DNA of 64,000 nt, from assembly GCA_951406725.2 (NCBI GenBank), contig OX597828.1:63178001-63242000 (forward strand), read 5' to 3'. The translations under genes and the position numbers were made by a program. The notes beneath the pieces were generated by a model. That model did not search any database. It was given only the letters and a program-made list of their open reading frames with translations, and was not told the DNA's origin. This DNA comes from Octopus vulgaris (Eukaryota). Below, one piece after another: positions 14,727 to 27,689 of the stretch; positions within the stretch are counted from its first letter, which is position 1; each line of letters starts with the position of its first letter.

Positions 14727-14910
14727 GGTGATGAGCCGGCTGAATCGTTAGCATGCCTGGCATCTTCTGTCTTTATGTTCTGAATTCAAATTCCGCCAAG
14801 GTTGACTTTGCCTTTCATCCCTTTTGAGGTTGACAAAATAAGTACTGGTTGAGCACTGGGGTCAGGGTAATCAACCCCTACTCTGAACTTTGTGCTAAAA
14901 TTTGAAACCA
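14727..14910 (+). mobile_element. tRNA-derived SINE, third type (core GACTTTGCCTTTCATCC...AAAATAAGTAC)
   Basis: Aligns by eye with the well-preserved copy at 59562-59795. Further copies near 19400-19600 (-), 28332-28530, 31738-31900, 34330-34470 (-) and 57662-57870. Confidence 0.7.
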
Positions 14911-17900
14911 ATGCTTATTTATTTGTTGTAAATTAAAGGTTTGCAGTGAGATTGAAGTGTAGAAAGTAACAATCAATAATAGCTTTTTTCCCCAAAATGT
15001 TTTGTTTTTCTCCTTAGAAAATATCTCAACCTTAGGGTTAGGGTTACTGTTGTTATTTATAGGAAAAAAAAAAAGAATTGAATATTTTAGATCATGTGAT
15101 TGGTTTGGTAATATTTTATATTTTAGTGCTGGGACAGTTACAACTGTCTGTCTGTAACACATGTTGACAGTGAGGAGGACAATGGCTAAAGAGTAAGCAT
15201 TGAAAGCAAAGAACCAAAGCAGATGAGGGTTGGTGAAAGAAGGGCATTTGGTTGTACACAATCTGCTTTAGCGAATGCAATCTGACCCTTACAAACATAA
15301 AAAATTGAATGTTTAAATGATGGTGATGATGATGATGACAGAATAATCGGTCTGTTTAACTTGAAATCAGTGTGTTATAACAAAAAACAAAAAAAAAAAA
15401 AAAGCAATAAGCAATAGGTTTACTGTTATCTCTGTCTGTGATTGCTTGTAAATTATGTAGGGTAAGTTGAGGAAGTTGGTTTTAACAGTAAGGTCACCTA
15501 CATTTAATGTGTAAGTCAAGTATTACTAGTTATTGATTAGTTATAGATTAGCATTGATAGTGTATCAGTGGATTGATTGGAATATGATTTGGAAGAGCCA
15601 CATACTTGCTGTGATGTAACACACTCTACCCTTCCCCCCACTCATACCCCTCCCCCATGCACACTCCCCCACACTCCCTACTCACCTCCACTCATACTCT
15701 CTCACATATAGTCTCTCTCACACACAAACTAATCTAATCTGTGTTCTGAGGACCTATTGAGACGGATACGTGTTTCATTATGGGGTGGAGAAGGGTGGGG
15801 GTTGATTTGGTTCTTCATTCCCTTAACGAGAGGAAGAAAGTCAGTGCCAGTATCCCTTTTCTAGTCTCCATGACTGGAATGAAGAAGTCCTTGAAGTGAC
15901 CATGTAGCAGGGATGGGAGTGGGGTATGTAAGGTCATAGCAAATTGGACAACGAGTTGACAGGGAACTTGGCTGCCAATGTCTGAGGTGGTGGAAGGAGA
16001 GTCTATGGTTATCTTATCATTGTGTAAGGGGCCTCTATTGTATCCATAGCCAGCACTCTCAACAACCAAATCCATCCAGGTTTAAGCTGTGGATGTGTGT
16101 CTATTGAAACAGTTACTGCAATAAACTGTCAAATGGTAATGAAGTAGTGAGGAAGAAGCAAGTTTGGTGTCTAATACCATTTTATTTCAGTAAGAGAGTC
16201 AACTCTTGGCATGGTTTAGTCTCATTCAGACCTCATCAGGGAAGTTTGAACTTTCCCATATTTGCTGAAGGATTTTAAGCAATGATTCCCAACCTTTTTT
16301 TGTATCTAGCAACACTCTTTGGAAATGTTTTATTAATTTTGCCACCTCACCTTACAAAAATTAAATAACGTTTGAAATTGCAAGAATCAATTTCCAAATA
16401 ACTAATTTGTTTAAAAACAAAAACTGAATCGCATACAGTATTGGGGTATAATAAAGATTAAGTTATTTCAAGGAGTAAGTCAATAGTTTTATTCTGAAGA
16501 GTAATTTTGATAGAGTATATACTTTCTCTCTTTTGTTGCACATCCTGAGATGCATTCCCAAGAGGCAGGGGTATCCCAGGCTAGTAATGCCTGGTGGAGA
16601 ATGTTGCTGCTACCATTCATTCGTATGAATTTAGTCCCTGTGTTTATGTGCAATCTACTCCAATGTCCCCTTGCTCTTCTAAAATGTGACCCCTCCACAA
16701 GAAACCTGTTCTGCTTTTACCTCTTATATCAGTAACCCCTCATCTCCTATCATAGATAGTGTGAGTGATGGTGGAATTGGTAAAGCATCATTCAAAATGA
16801 CTTATGGTATTTAATCCTTTCACATTCTGGTATTGTGTTGCTGAGGTGGCTGCTGCCTTCCATCTGTCCTCCCAGGGATGTAGCTGAAATAAGTTAAGCT
16901 TTAAAAGATTGACTTGAAACAATTCTGTTGACTGATACAAACTATCCCTGATTGCACAAACCCACCATTCATATGTTCGCAGAGGAAAGATAAGCAACAG
17001 GGGTGAATGTGGGTTTACTAACAAGTAACAAAAAAGAAGAAAGAGAAATTAATAGTGTGTAGTTGTTGTTGTTACCAGCACTATTGCTGCTGCTGCTGCT
17101 ACTACTACCACCACCACCACCACCACCACCCTGTCTAGTAATGTCAGTGTTGTAAAATCTAAAAGACAATTTCTTGTAAATTGATGGTGCTGTTATTAGA
17201 TTAAATATAACTGATCCCAAATAACTAATGGTTTGTCCCTTAAATCACATTTTAACATTTTTGGAAAATTGGACACATTAATTATGATCATAGATGCAAT
17301 ACGTCTTGGGCTGGGGATGAGGCCATGTCTTGAACACCTTTGATTGTAAGTCTTGAATTAGTTGATTAAAAATAAAGGCCAGCCAAATACTGGGGTTCAT
17401 GAAGTTCGTCAGCCCCCCCCCCCCCCCCCCATCTCTATAAAACTAATCTCCTGCTTTCTGTTAGACATGTTTTTATCATTGTTGTGTTGCTGAAGACTGA
17501 GTCTTTTTATTACGTTTATGCCACATTCCCATTTAATTTGTGTCATTTATTTGTAAAAGCAGGAAGTAGGACAGGTGAATCTTTTTTTTTTATGTAAACC
17601 AGGATGAAGTCATTAAAGTAATAAGATCTCAGGTGCCTCAATCAACCATTGGCTGTTATTTTTTAACCCTAGGTTAGTCCAGATAGAACAGAACTTATAA
17701 TATTAAAGGCATTCAATCTGTGATTCCCCCCCCCCATTCACTTCTACATGCCTCATACCTTGAGTGTCCACATTTTATCACTAGTTTTTATCTCTTTCCC
17801 ACACTACCCCAATCACCTCCCCTCTCTTCTAATATATGAGCAGTTATGTGACTCCTACAGCAAGAAACCTGTACTGCCCTGGCCCCTCCTCTTATACTTT

Positions 17901-18398
17901 AACCCTCATCTAACATAAAGCTGCCTCTGTTGGGGGTTTGTAAGTCTTGGAAGCAGTATAATGACCTCAACTAGTGCTGGTGGCATGACAAAAGCACCCA
18001 GTGCATGCTGTAAAGTAGTTGGCATTTGAAAGGGCATCCAGCCATAGTAAATAGTGGAGTGGAATGTAGTCCTTGGGCCCATTGGATCCTGTCAAACCGT
18101 CCAACCCATACCAGCATGGAACATGGCTATTAAATAATGATGAAGATATATGACCTATGACTATGTTGTTGAATCTGTCCTTACTTTTGCAATGAAAGTA
18201 AAGTATTATTTGAGGGAATTTCGGCTGCTCTCTTTTTTTTGTTTGTTTGTTTTGGCAGGTTGAGTTATTTTAGTAGGTCAAACCATTGGTTGTTTGTGAT
18301 CAGTTATATTTAATCTAATGACAATACTATCATATTACTTAATTTAGAGTAAGAACTTTTTATTTTTTTATCTTTCTACATCACTAAATAGCATGGTG

Positions 18399-18415
18399 GT
18401 AGTAGTTGTAGTAAC

Positions 18416-18461
<46 letters not shown>

Positions 18462-18690
18462 ATAGTAGTAGTAGTAGTAGTAGTAATTATTACACACTAT
18501 TAATTTCTCTTCTTCTTTGTTATTCATGAGTAAACCCACACCCACTCCTGCTGCTTATCTTTTTCCTTGTGAACCAATGGGTTTGTGCAATCAGGGATTT
18601 TCTCTGTGATTCAGTTGAATTGTTTGAGTCAGTTAATCTTAGAACTGAACTCTTCTGTGGAGAACCACTTCATTGACAATGAAGTATGAG

Positions 18691-18740
<50 letters not shown>

Positions 18741-18825
18741 CAGTAGATGGAGAAAAGTAGACCGAAAATGTTTAATGTAATGTAAAACTATAGTAGCAGT
18801 TCTGTGTATTATTATTACTATCATT

Positions 18826-18866
<41 letters not shown>
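18399..18866. repeat. Microsatellite cluster (TAG)n, (GA)n, (ATT)n
   Basis: Directly visible at ~18399-18485, ~18688-18738 and ~18829-18866. Confidence 0.95.
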
Positions 18867-19938
18867 GGATGAGAATGGTTCATTTCGTCAATTAGATTTA
18901 AAAATAAAACTACTTATGTTATTGTAATTTTTCCTTGAAGATTATCAAATTTAATTGAAAATAACTCTTCTTCCTGCCTTCCTTTCATTCTTCACTTGCA
19001 AATAAACAAATAAAATAAAGTAGTAATTGTATAATTGCAGAAACTTTTGATATACTCTACCCACCACCCCTTCTGCATGGTCCTCGACAACATTCACTAA
19101 TAATAATAATAATAATGATGATGACGATGATAATTATAACAATAATAACGATAATCTGTGATCACATGCACCACCAATAAACTGAAAGGTCAGTAAGTAT
19201 ATCCCAGTAGAGCTAAAACAAGTCTATTCAATGGCAACATCTGCTTTAAAAGGTCAAGAAATCAATCATTTTTTGCTCATCAAGATGGTTGCCCCACCAC
19301 TCTTCTTCGTCCCTCTCACCATCGCTTAGTTTTGGAAAAAAAGAAATTTATGAAATCACTTTATTTAACTGCATTCTAATGAAAATGATATCGTTAATAA
19401 TAATGCTTTCAGTTTTGGAGGAGCAAACAAGTTGATTTCATTGACCTCCACTGCTCCTCAAGTAATAGTTATTTCATTGACCCTGAAGGAATGAAAGGCA
19501 ATGTTGACTTCAAGAGGATTTGAACTCAGCATGTAAAAAACCAGGAGAAAAGCCATTGAAGCATTTTGTTCCACCCACTAACGATTTTGCCATCTCACCA
19601 CCTTAAGGGTTAATAATGATGATAATTCAGACCTACTGACATAGGTAGAAGGACTGAAGTTTGGTGGAGGAGAGAAGTGGATTATATGGACCCTAGTAAT
19701 TGACTTGTTCTTCATTTTATTAACCATCGAGGGACAAAAGGTTTCATGGATCTTGGCAGAATGTGAACTTGGAACAAATGCTGCTGGTTATTTTATCCAA
19801 CATTCTAACAAGTGAGGGAGGAAACAGTCAGGTTGGATTGACAACTGCACAAAGTTGTGATTGGTACTTTTATTCAACCTGCTGAAAATAGCAACAAAAA
19901 AATTCGTCAAATCACACCCAACACTTTTTTTAAATGTG

Positions 19939-20927
19939 GCATCATCATCATCGTTTAACGTCCGTTCTCCATGCTAGCATGAGTTAGACGGTTTGATCGG
20001 GGATCTGGGAAGCCAGAAGGCTGCACCAGGCTCCAGTCTGATCTGGCAGTGTTTCTACAGCTGGATGCCCTTCCACTCCGTGAGTGTAGTGGGTGCTTTT
20101 TACGTGCCACCTGCACAGGTGCCAGGCGAGGCTGGCAATGGCCACGATCAGATTGGTGCATTTTACGTGCCACCGGCATGGAAGCCAGTCAAGGCGGTAC
20201 TGGCATCGGCCACGATTCAGATGGTGCTTTTTACGTGCCACCGGCATGGAAGCCAGTCAAGGCGGTACTGGCATCGGCCACGATTCAGATGGTGCTTTTT
20301 ACGTGCCACCGGCACAGGGATCATATTGCAGTTTCCATTGATTTTGATGTTGGTGTACTTGACTCAATAGGTCTCCTCAAGCACAGGGTCAAAATGGTGT
20401 TTCTTCACTTGCCACCTGCACAGGAGTCAGTCCAGCAGTCCTGGCAACTGCCAGGTGCCAGTCATAGGATTGGTTCAATTTCGATTCCGATTTCACTTGC
20501 CCCAACAGGTCTTTGCAAGCAGAGTTTAGTGACCAATGAAGGGAGGTTGGCATGGGTGCCAGTCGTCGGATGAGGTTCGATTTCGACTTTGCTTGCCTCA
20601 ACAGGTCTTTGTGTGTCCAAGGGAGGAAAGACATGCATAAGTGGGCTGGACTCACTTGTCCTGCCGGGTCTTCTCACGCACAGCATATTTCCAAAAGTCT
20701 CGGTCGCTAGTCATTGCCTCGGTGAGGCTTAAAGTTTGAAGGTCGTGCTTCACCACCTCGTCCCAGGTTTTCCTGGGTCTACCTCTTCCATGGGTTCCCT
20801 CAACTGCTAGGGATTGGCACTTTTTCACACACCTATCTTCATCCATTCTCGCCACATGACCATACCAGCACAATCGTCTCTCTTGCACACCACAGCTGAT
20901 GCTTTCTCTCAAGGTACTAACACTCTG
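19939..20927 (-). mobile_element. 5'-truncated RTE LINE (young subfamily)
   Basis: ORF 20652-20912 contains RRLCWYGHVARMDEDRCVKKC...GRGRPRKTWDE. The 3' UTR is a close reverse complement of 30970-31722, with 68-bp tandem units and a (GAT)n tail. Confidence 0.92.
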
Positions 20928-21314
20928 TTGAGTAGTAGTCCTAGATAACCAAAGACTGAAAGGAAGACGGAATGGTTATGGTGAGAATGGTTTTCATCAT
21001 AGACTTATTCAATTAAGGTTAACCACCTGCTATGTACTTATTGCTTTGTCTTGGGTCTCCAATTCCTCGTAGGGTTGTTGGGAGTGATGTGTGATATGTT
21101 GGGTCTTGGGTGTCTGAGCCTGCTGGAGCTGCACCTCTCTCTCTCTCTCTCGAATTAGTCCCCCCCCTTCCAGTACTGGCCTAATAAATACTTTATTGAG
21201 ACCTTGAAGGGACAAAAGACAAAGTTGGGATGCAAGGAGCTAGAATAAATACCACAAGGTATTTTATTTGCTCTTAATGATTCTGCCAATTCTTCACTTG
21301 ATACACATTGATAG

Positions 21315-22314
21315 TGTTATGCTGCCACTCAGGCCCAAGGCCTTTCGATTCCACCATGGGCCCTAAGTCATGACAATGATACTCAGTAAACTGGAAATCC
21401 ACCACGGGAAGGGGTAAGGTGGCAAATGCAGCCAGGAACCAACGCAACAACAAAAGAAAGAGATATACACAGGCGTTGCCTAATTCAGCAATTTTTTTTT
21501 AACAAAGCCAAAGCATTCACAACAAAGGTTAACAACATAATACAGAGTTTGAAAAACACAATGTTCACAATCAACAGTCTCTTAGAGTTCCACTTTCCTC
21601 TTTTTTTTAACACAACAATTCTCAAAAGTTCCTTCTGCTTTTTTTTAAAAAACATTTCCAGGTTCTTTTTTTTTCCTTTTCTTTTCAACGGTTACATCAG
21701 AGCCTCTTTCTTTTTTTCATTTCAACAACACATCGTCTCTTCTCTTCTTTTCTTTTAAACATTTACATTTAAGCAAACACAACGTTTTTCTTTTTTTCAT
21801 TTGAACATCAAAATTCAAAACACAAATAAAAACATTACTGCATGTTCCACGCCTGCAACACTCCCTGAATATCACAACCCCCACTATAGTAGTTCAGCTT
21901 CTTTATATATTTCTCTCTACCCCTGTCACTGTCATCTTCCTTACTACCTCTCGTCCTGTCATCTCTCACACTGACTGTCTGTCTCTCTCTAGACCACGCT
22001 GCCCCTTTGTCCAGTGGACGCTCACACTGACCGCCTGTCTCCCTCTCACTACTGTCTCTCGCTGACTGACCCTTTAACTTAATGCTACTCATATATATAA
22101 CGTCGTCCCAGCATTTTAATTTTTTTTAACTTTCCGTGACTGTATAGGGCCATAGGTCAGTGCCTAGGGCCATTAATAATCGTGCTCTTTGACAGGACCA
22201 GGACAAAGGAAATACCATTGTCCTGAACAGCTGGAGCGCTGGTTCGATTCCAACTAATGGAACAAGGGGCATAATATTTTTTTGTTCGTTTACATTTCCC
22301 TTGTGTCCGTAACA
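21315..22314. mobile_element. Solo LTR, probably Gypsy-type
   Basis: Termini TGTTATG...CGTAACA (TG...CA inverted ends), 4-bp TSD ATAG at 21311-21314 and 22315-22318, length 1000 bp, no internal coding region. Confidence 0.8.
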
Positions 22315-24286
22315 ATAGATTGACTTTGAAGAGATGAAAAGAAAATGAACTTCATTAGGTTTTGAACTCAGAACTGTTACCAGTCCAGTGATTGAAACGA
22401 GTGAAAGAGAATAAAAGGAGAAGCTGAAAAGTGATGACTCATGTGTTTCTGAATCTCCCCCCCCACACACACACACACATTGATGATGGTGATGGTGGCA
22501 ATATGCGTATGGTTGGGTGTAGCATCATCAGTTTTGCTCCGAGTGTCCCAATTGTTTGATCAGTGGTGCCACATACAGACTATATTATTTAACTGAGTAT
22601 TCTACTGGCCATTCTACTCATAATGCAGGTTCAAAGTGACATGGGTGATCTTTTAAATTTTTCAGTTTCCATCTTCCCGACTTAACTCCCAAGCCCTGTG
22701 TTGATTCAGTTATAGTCTCAAGTACTTGTACCCAGGGATCAAACAGAGCCTTGTTACTGGGAAGCAATCTTGTCAACCACTTGCTTAAGTGTTCTCTAGA
22801 GAAAATTAAATGCCATGCTACCATTTCTTTACTTGATTATATCTATTGTGAATTCCATGCAATAAAGGGCTGTGTCCCTTTCTCTTCCCCTCAATCTTAA
22901 AAAATTTCCCATGAGGATAGTTGTGATTTTGTAGAAGCAGTGGAATATTGCACTTAATATCTTTTACCTTTTAGTTTAGCTCCTTTGCATTCCGGACTCA
23001 AATCTTCTGGGCTGGAGGTCAGTAAACTATGCCACTTCCTTTCTCTTGTATATTTGTGGCAACATGGGAAATATTTATTTTTCTAATTAACTGAAGGCAG
23101 TGAAATGGTAGAATCAGTTGACTAACAAATGTTTTGTGGTATTTTGCTATGTCTCACATTCAGAGATTAGACCCTATTAATTTTGACTTTCTTTTGATGA
23201 TCATTTTGATGTGTTGTTAATTTTATCTCTAGAAATATTCTGCAATGAGGGAGTTCTAAGTTGTTGTCCACATGGAAAAGTGTGTCTATGACTAGTGCTT
23301 GGGTTTTTTCTCTTCTAGATGATTAAGTTTGGCAAAAATATTCCATAAAGATTTTTACTGTTTATACAGTTTTGTTCCTTAAACTTTCCTTGTCCACCTC
23401 CTCTTCACCTATTTGCTGTAACCTGTATTTTTTTTACACCCATTTTATATACACTGATGTTTTTTTATCCAACTTAAAACCTTGTTCTAAACAAGTGCAC
23501 TCCATCATCTTTAAATCTCTTTAGAGTCCTCCATCTGATTCCACATATCTCTGCAATTAATCTTCAAGTTTGCCATTAATTGGTATATCTGAAGTAAGAT
23601 CTCATCATCTTGTCAATTCAAGTAGTTCTTTTACAGTTAATGACACAACTCTTTCAATCAACAAAATCAATTTTTTCTGCTTATATATCAGGATTGAGCA
23701 ATGATTTTAAAAAGCTATTAAAAACAAGAAAAAATACTGGTTTTAAATTATTATTTTAGGGGTTGTAAATTGAGAGTGTTGGACCAAATTCCTTGTGGTA
23801 TTTAGTGACTCCATTTTATAATCAAAGTTCTAATCTTCACCGTGTTCAATAAAATAAATACCAGTGTGATACTGAGGTTAACTTTGCCTTTTATTCCTCC
23901 AGGATCAATAAAATAAAGCACCACTCATGTTCTGAAGTTGATCGTTTCAACTAATTCACTTCCCTTAAAGTTGCTGGCTTTGTGCTTAAATTAAAATCAA
24001 TTAGTTGGACAATAATTATTATAGATGCATGTGGTGTGGTTAAGATCTCTTTGCAACAACCATGTGGTTGAATTATATTAGGAGATGTTTGTACAGAAAA
24101 TATCTTGCAAAAATTATGCTGTTTAACTGAATGTATTTTCTGTAAAATATGCCTTGGACTCTTGCAGAGTTTATCTGTGTTTTGTATAATGTTGTAATCC
24201 TTGCTGTGGTTTCTACATGTCTGATCAGATTCTTTATTATCCAGGAGCAAGTATGGCTGTAGAGGTGTAATTGTGACTACAGATAG

Positions 24287-24670
24287 GCAGGTGTGGCTGT
24301 GTTGTTAAGGTGTTTGCTTCCCAACCACATATGGTTTTGGGTTCATTTCCACTGTGTGATACTTCGGTTGAGTGTTTTCTACTAAAGCCTCTGACTGGTA
24401 GATTTGGTAGACAGAAACTGAAAGAAGCCTATTGTTTGTATGCTAATGTTGTCTTGTCTTGACATCATATGATTGTTGTAAATGAGTGTCACTGTCCTAC
24501 AAGCAGTGTCATTCATTTCTGTGAAAACATGTCCAGCCATGGGTAAAATATTACCCTGTTTGGAAACAGGTGAGGATTGGTGACAAAAAGGTATCTGACT
24601 GCAGAACATCTGCCTTGATAAACTCCAGCTTATGCATGCCTGGTAAAGTGGGCATTAATATGAGTATGAT
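24287..24670 (+). mobile_element. tRNA-derived SINE with RTE-type 3' tail
   Basis: Head GGCAGGTGTGGCTGTG...GGGTTCATTTCC (A/B-box-like), core GATTTGGTAGACAGAAACTGAAAGAAGCC, and a tail resembling the RTE terminus. Confidence 0.7.
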
Positions 24671-24829
24671 GACACAGTGCACCAACCATTCTTGATACCA
24701 TATTCTCATACCTACAACCTGCTTATTTCCATTTTGAGGTCCAAATATTTTAGTATTTATTTTAAAATTATTTTTTTTATCTCATTTAATATTATTAGTA
24801 ATGTTTTGTCTTTTGTCTCTCTTCCACAG

Positions 24830-24916
24830 GCACATATGAAGTTTCCTTCAGATTATCCATATTCTCCTCCTAGTGTTCAGTTTAAATCAAGAATGTGGCA
24901 CCCAAATGTTTATGAG
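24830..24916 (+). CDS. UBE2R2: CDC34/UBE2R-type E2 enzyme, internal exon (probably exon 2)
   Basis: Polypyrimidine tract and cag acceptor, GTTTGT donor; 87 nt encoding AHMKFPSDYPYSPPSVQFKSRMWHPNVYE with the E2 HPN motif. Confidence 0.96.
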
Positions 24917-24949
24917 GTTTGTGGCATAAGTATTGTTTTATTTTCCTTT

Positions 24950-24994
<45 letters not shown>

Positions 24995-27643
24995 TACTTA
25001 ATGAAGAAGTATTATTGAATTACATAAAGTGGTAACTTCCTGAGTCTCCATTTCTGTATGGCCACCAGATGTTGGTGTAGGACTTTAGGGAGATTTGGGG
25101 AAAATGAATGTCTCGGTGTCGACGTTTTGGTTGTTGTGTCGAGGCTCACATACATGTGAACATGTACACCCACAAGAACTTGTGAACATGCAAACACACA
25201 TTTGTGCATATATATACATATATATGCACATGTATGCGTATACTTATACACCCCTATGCACACACACACACACACTTATGTATACATTATACACACACAC
25301 ACACACACACACTTGTACACATTCATTCCAAATAATTTTTTCATCACTTCCAGTATTTTGGTTAAAGAATCTATTGTTTTAAGCATGCTAACCACACATA
25401 CTCACCTGCATACATAGGACAGGTATGTACCTGAATACTTCAAGCTCTCAAGGAAGAATACATTAGTATAGAAGGATAGTAACACAAGGAAGGACCTACT
25501 GATGTAGTTCCTCATTGCTTTCCTCAGGCCCATGGCAGTGGTAGACTCAATTCCGCACCCCATGATAGCTGTTTGTGAAGTGCATGGATCAAGTGTTAAC
25601 TTTATTTTGTTGTTGTTTGCTATGAACACACGGCTCAGCACAAGTGAAGGACGAAGGGAAGAGGTGCAAACTGTCGACACCTCATACTTAGTAGAGCGAT
25701 ACCATTATTTCAGCTGAATGTAACTGCTGTAGTCTTCCATTCTGGAAGAAAGGGAACCTTTATGCAGCTGCTGAACTTCCTAGACATAACAGCCTAAAGA
25801 ACATAGGCGCTGTTGAATAATGTAGTCCTTGACACAGTGTCTGAAGAAGAGACTGGACTGGCATCAGTTGGCTTCTGTGTTCAAATCTAGGTCAGGTCTT
25901 CTGCTGTGTTTCTGGACCAGACACTTCAGTTCATTCAATGTGAGTTTGACATTGGCCTCACTATGCAGCATGTTGGATCTTTTACTATATCCCTGGATCA
26001 GTCAATGTCTTATAAGGGAACTTGGCAGATGGAAACTGTAAGAAGCCTGTTGTATATTTGTGTATGAATAAATGGTGAATGAATTTTTTTCCTTATAGAT
26101 TATATTTCAGATTATATTATATAAGCCTTAATGGCTTCTTTTTTTATAACAATTATTTTATGGAGGACATCCAATGATGGAGATGACAATAACTTGCACC
26201 CTTCTTACCAGGTCCTATCTCAGCTTCTGTTGATTGAAATTGAAAACCATCAGAGAAATACAAAGAAACATGTTCTGTACATTTCCTAAAATTCGAATAA
26301 TATAGTTTGAAATAATGTGAAACTCCATGAAAAACCATCAGTTCTTAGGAGTCCCATGGTATGCAAAGCGTTCAAGATGTCTATATGTATGAGGAGTTGT
26401 AGTATACTTTTTTGACTTAGGTTTTCTTAAGAAATAAACAAAACCAAAACGTTAGTGTTCCTTCAAGTGATGCCATTCCAATCTTGCTACATGTGTTGCC
26501 AAGCAGCAATTGTATTGAAATCCAACACAATAGGACACACCCCAGTTGAGTCAAACAGATGTCGTTCTCTACTTAAGAAATGTTTTCTGAAAGTTTTTAG
26601 ATTCTGTATGACAATCATTTGAAATGTTAGGGAATGTTACAATGGCTATTCATTAAAATGTTTCTATTGAAACTCTGTGGATTCAGGTTCAATTCTTTAT
26701 TGATTCAGTCTTCTCCAATTTTAACATACCTCTCCAGCAAGCCTAAGGGAGAGGGACTCTAACTCCTTTAATCAAATTGTCATGTACAGCTCAGTAACCC
26801 CTTCATCGAATTGTCAACCAGGATTAGTAATCCCCTTTATCAAACTATCAAATAGGCTCAATGATTCCTTTATCAACCCTTGGTCAGACTTAGTAACATC
26901 TTAATCAACTGATATAGTGTCTCCAGTTCATTAGCAGCAGGACATTTTGTTTTTCTTTGGAAAGATGAAAAGTTTAAAGGTGACTTGGTATTTGAAGTCT
27001 GGATGTCAGTAAAATATCTAGTCTGGTGTCTGTACCAACTGCTCTTGAAGAAGCCATTAAGGGGTTTCAACATGCTAGAAAAAGCAGTTAAATTTCATTT
27101 ATTACATCCTACTGTTTCAAAAAAAAAAAAAATGATAAACAAAACATGTTGGATGTTGTAGTTGTAGATCCTGTGTTAAAAAGATTGGCAACACAGCCCC
27201 CTTTGCCTTCAAATTACATCATACAACCCAAAGAGGGAGGACACTTATACAATATAGTTCTCAGTATATTAACTATGAGATGAGGCAGTCATGACAAGAA
27301 TGTCTTCCTGTCATAGGTCTTCTGGATCAGGATTGACTCGGGGTTAAACAACATTACCCACATTTATGTCCTTCCCCGCTCTCCTTCACATGACCTAATC
27401 TTGAATAATTTATACAACTTTATTTCTTTTTCTGAAATATCTCAGTATATTTCTGTGCAATGTTTAAAAAATAGTTTAACCCTGGAGGGGAGGTGGTGTT
27501 GAATGTCTTATCTTCAATTCCCTTATTTCTTTAGTTTGTTTTGCCTCCCTACTACAACTGATGGAATTTTATTCATTTATTCAAACATCTGTTTATTTTA
27601 TTTTAGTTTTTTCCTTATTCTCATACTCTTCCTCTTTTTCTTC

Positions 27644-27689
<46 letters not shown>

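Noticed and set aside
20091-20315. Regularly spaced GGTGCTTTTTACGTGCCACC repeats resembling a CRISPR array
   Set aside because: The spacers are copies of each other, the array sits in a LINE 3' UTR, the context is eukaryotic and there are no cas genes.
19955-20686. Cluster of overlapping ORFs up to 174 aa (also 31071-31679)
   Set aside because: Stop-poor, GC-rich tandem UTR of the RTE element; no recognisable domain.
22180-22265. tRNA-like T-arm GCTGGTTCGATTCCAAC
   Set aside because: No convincing D arm, anticodon arm or acceptor stem; lies inside the solo LTR.
23480-23720. Minus-strand DDGVHL motif suggesting a LINE ORF1 SGNH esterase
   Set aside because: A single short motif among stops; not enough support without a profile search.
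24677-25018. 113-aa ORF as a standalone gene (likewise 42670-42993)
   Set aside because: Only the splice-bounded parts are E2-like; the rest is intron read-through.
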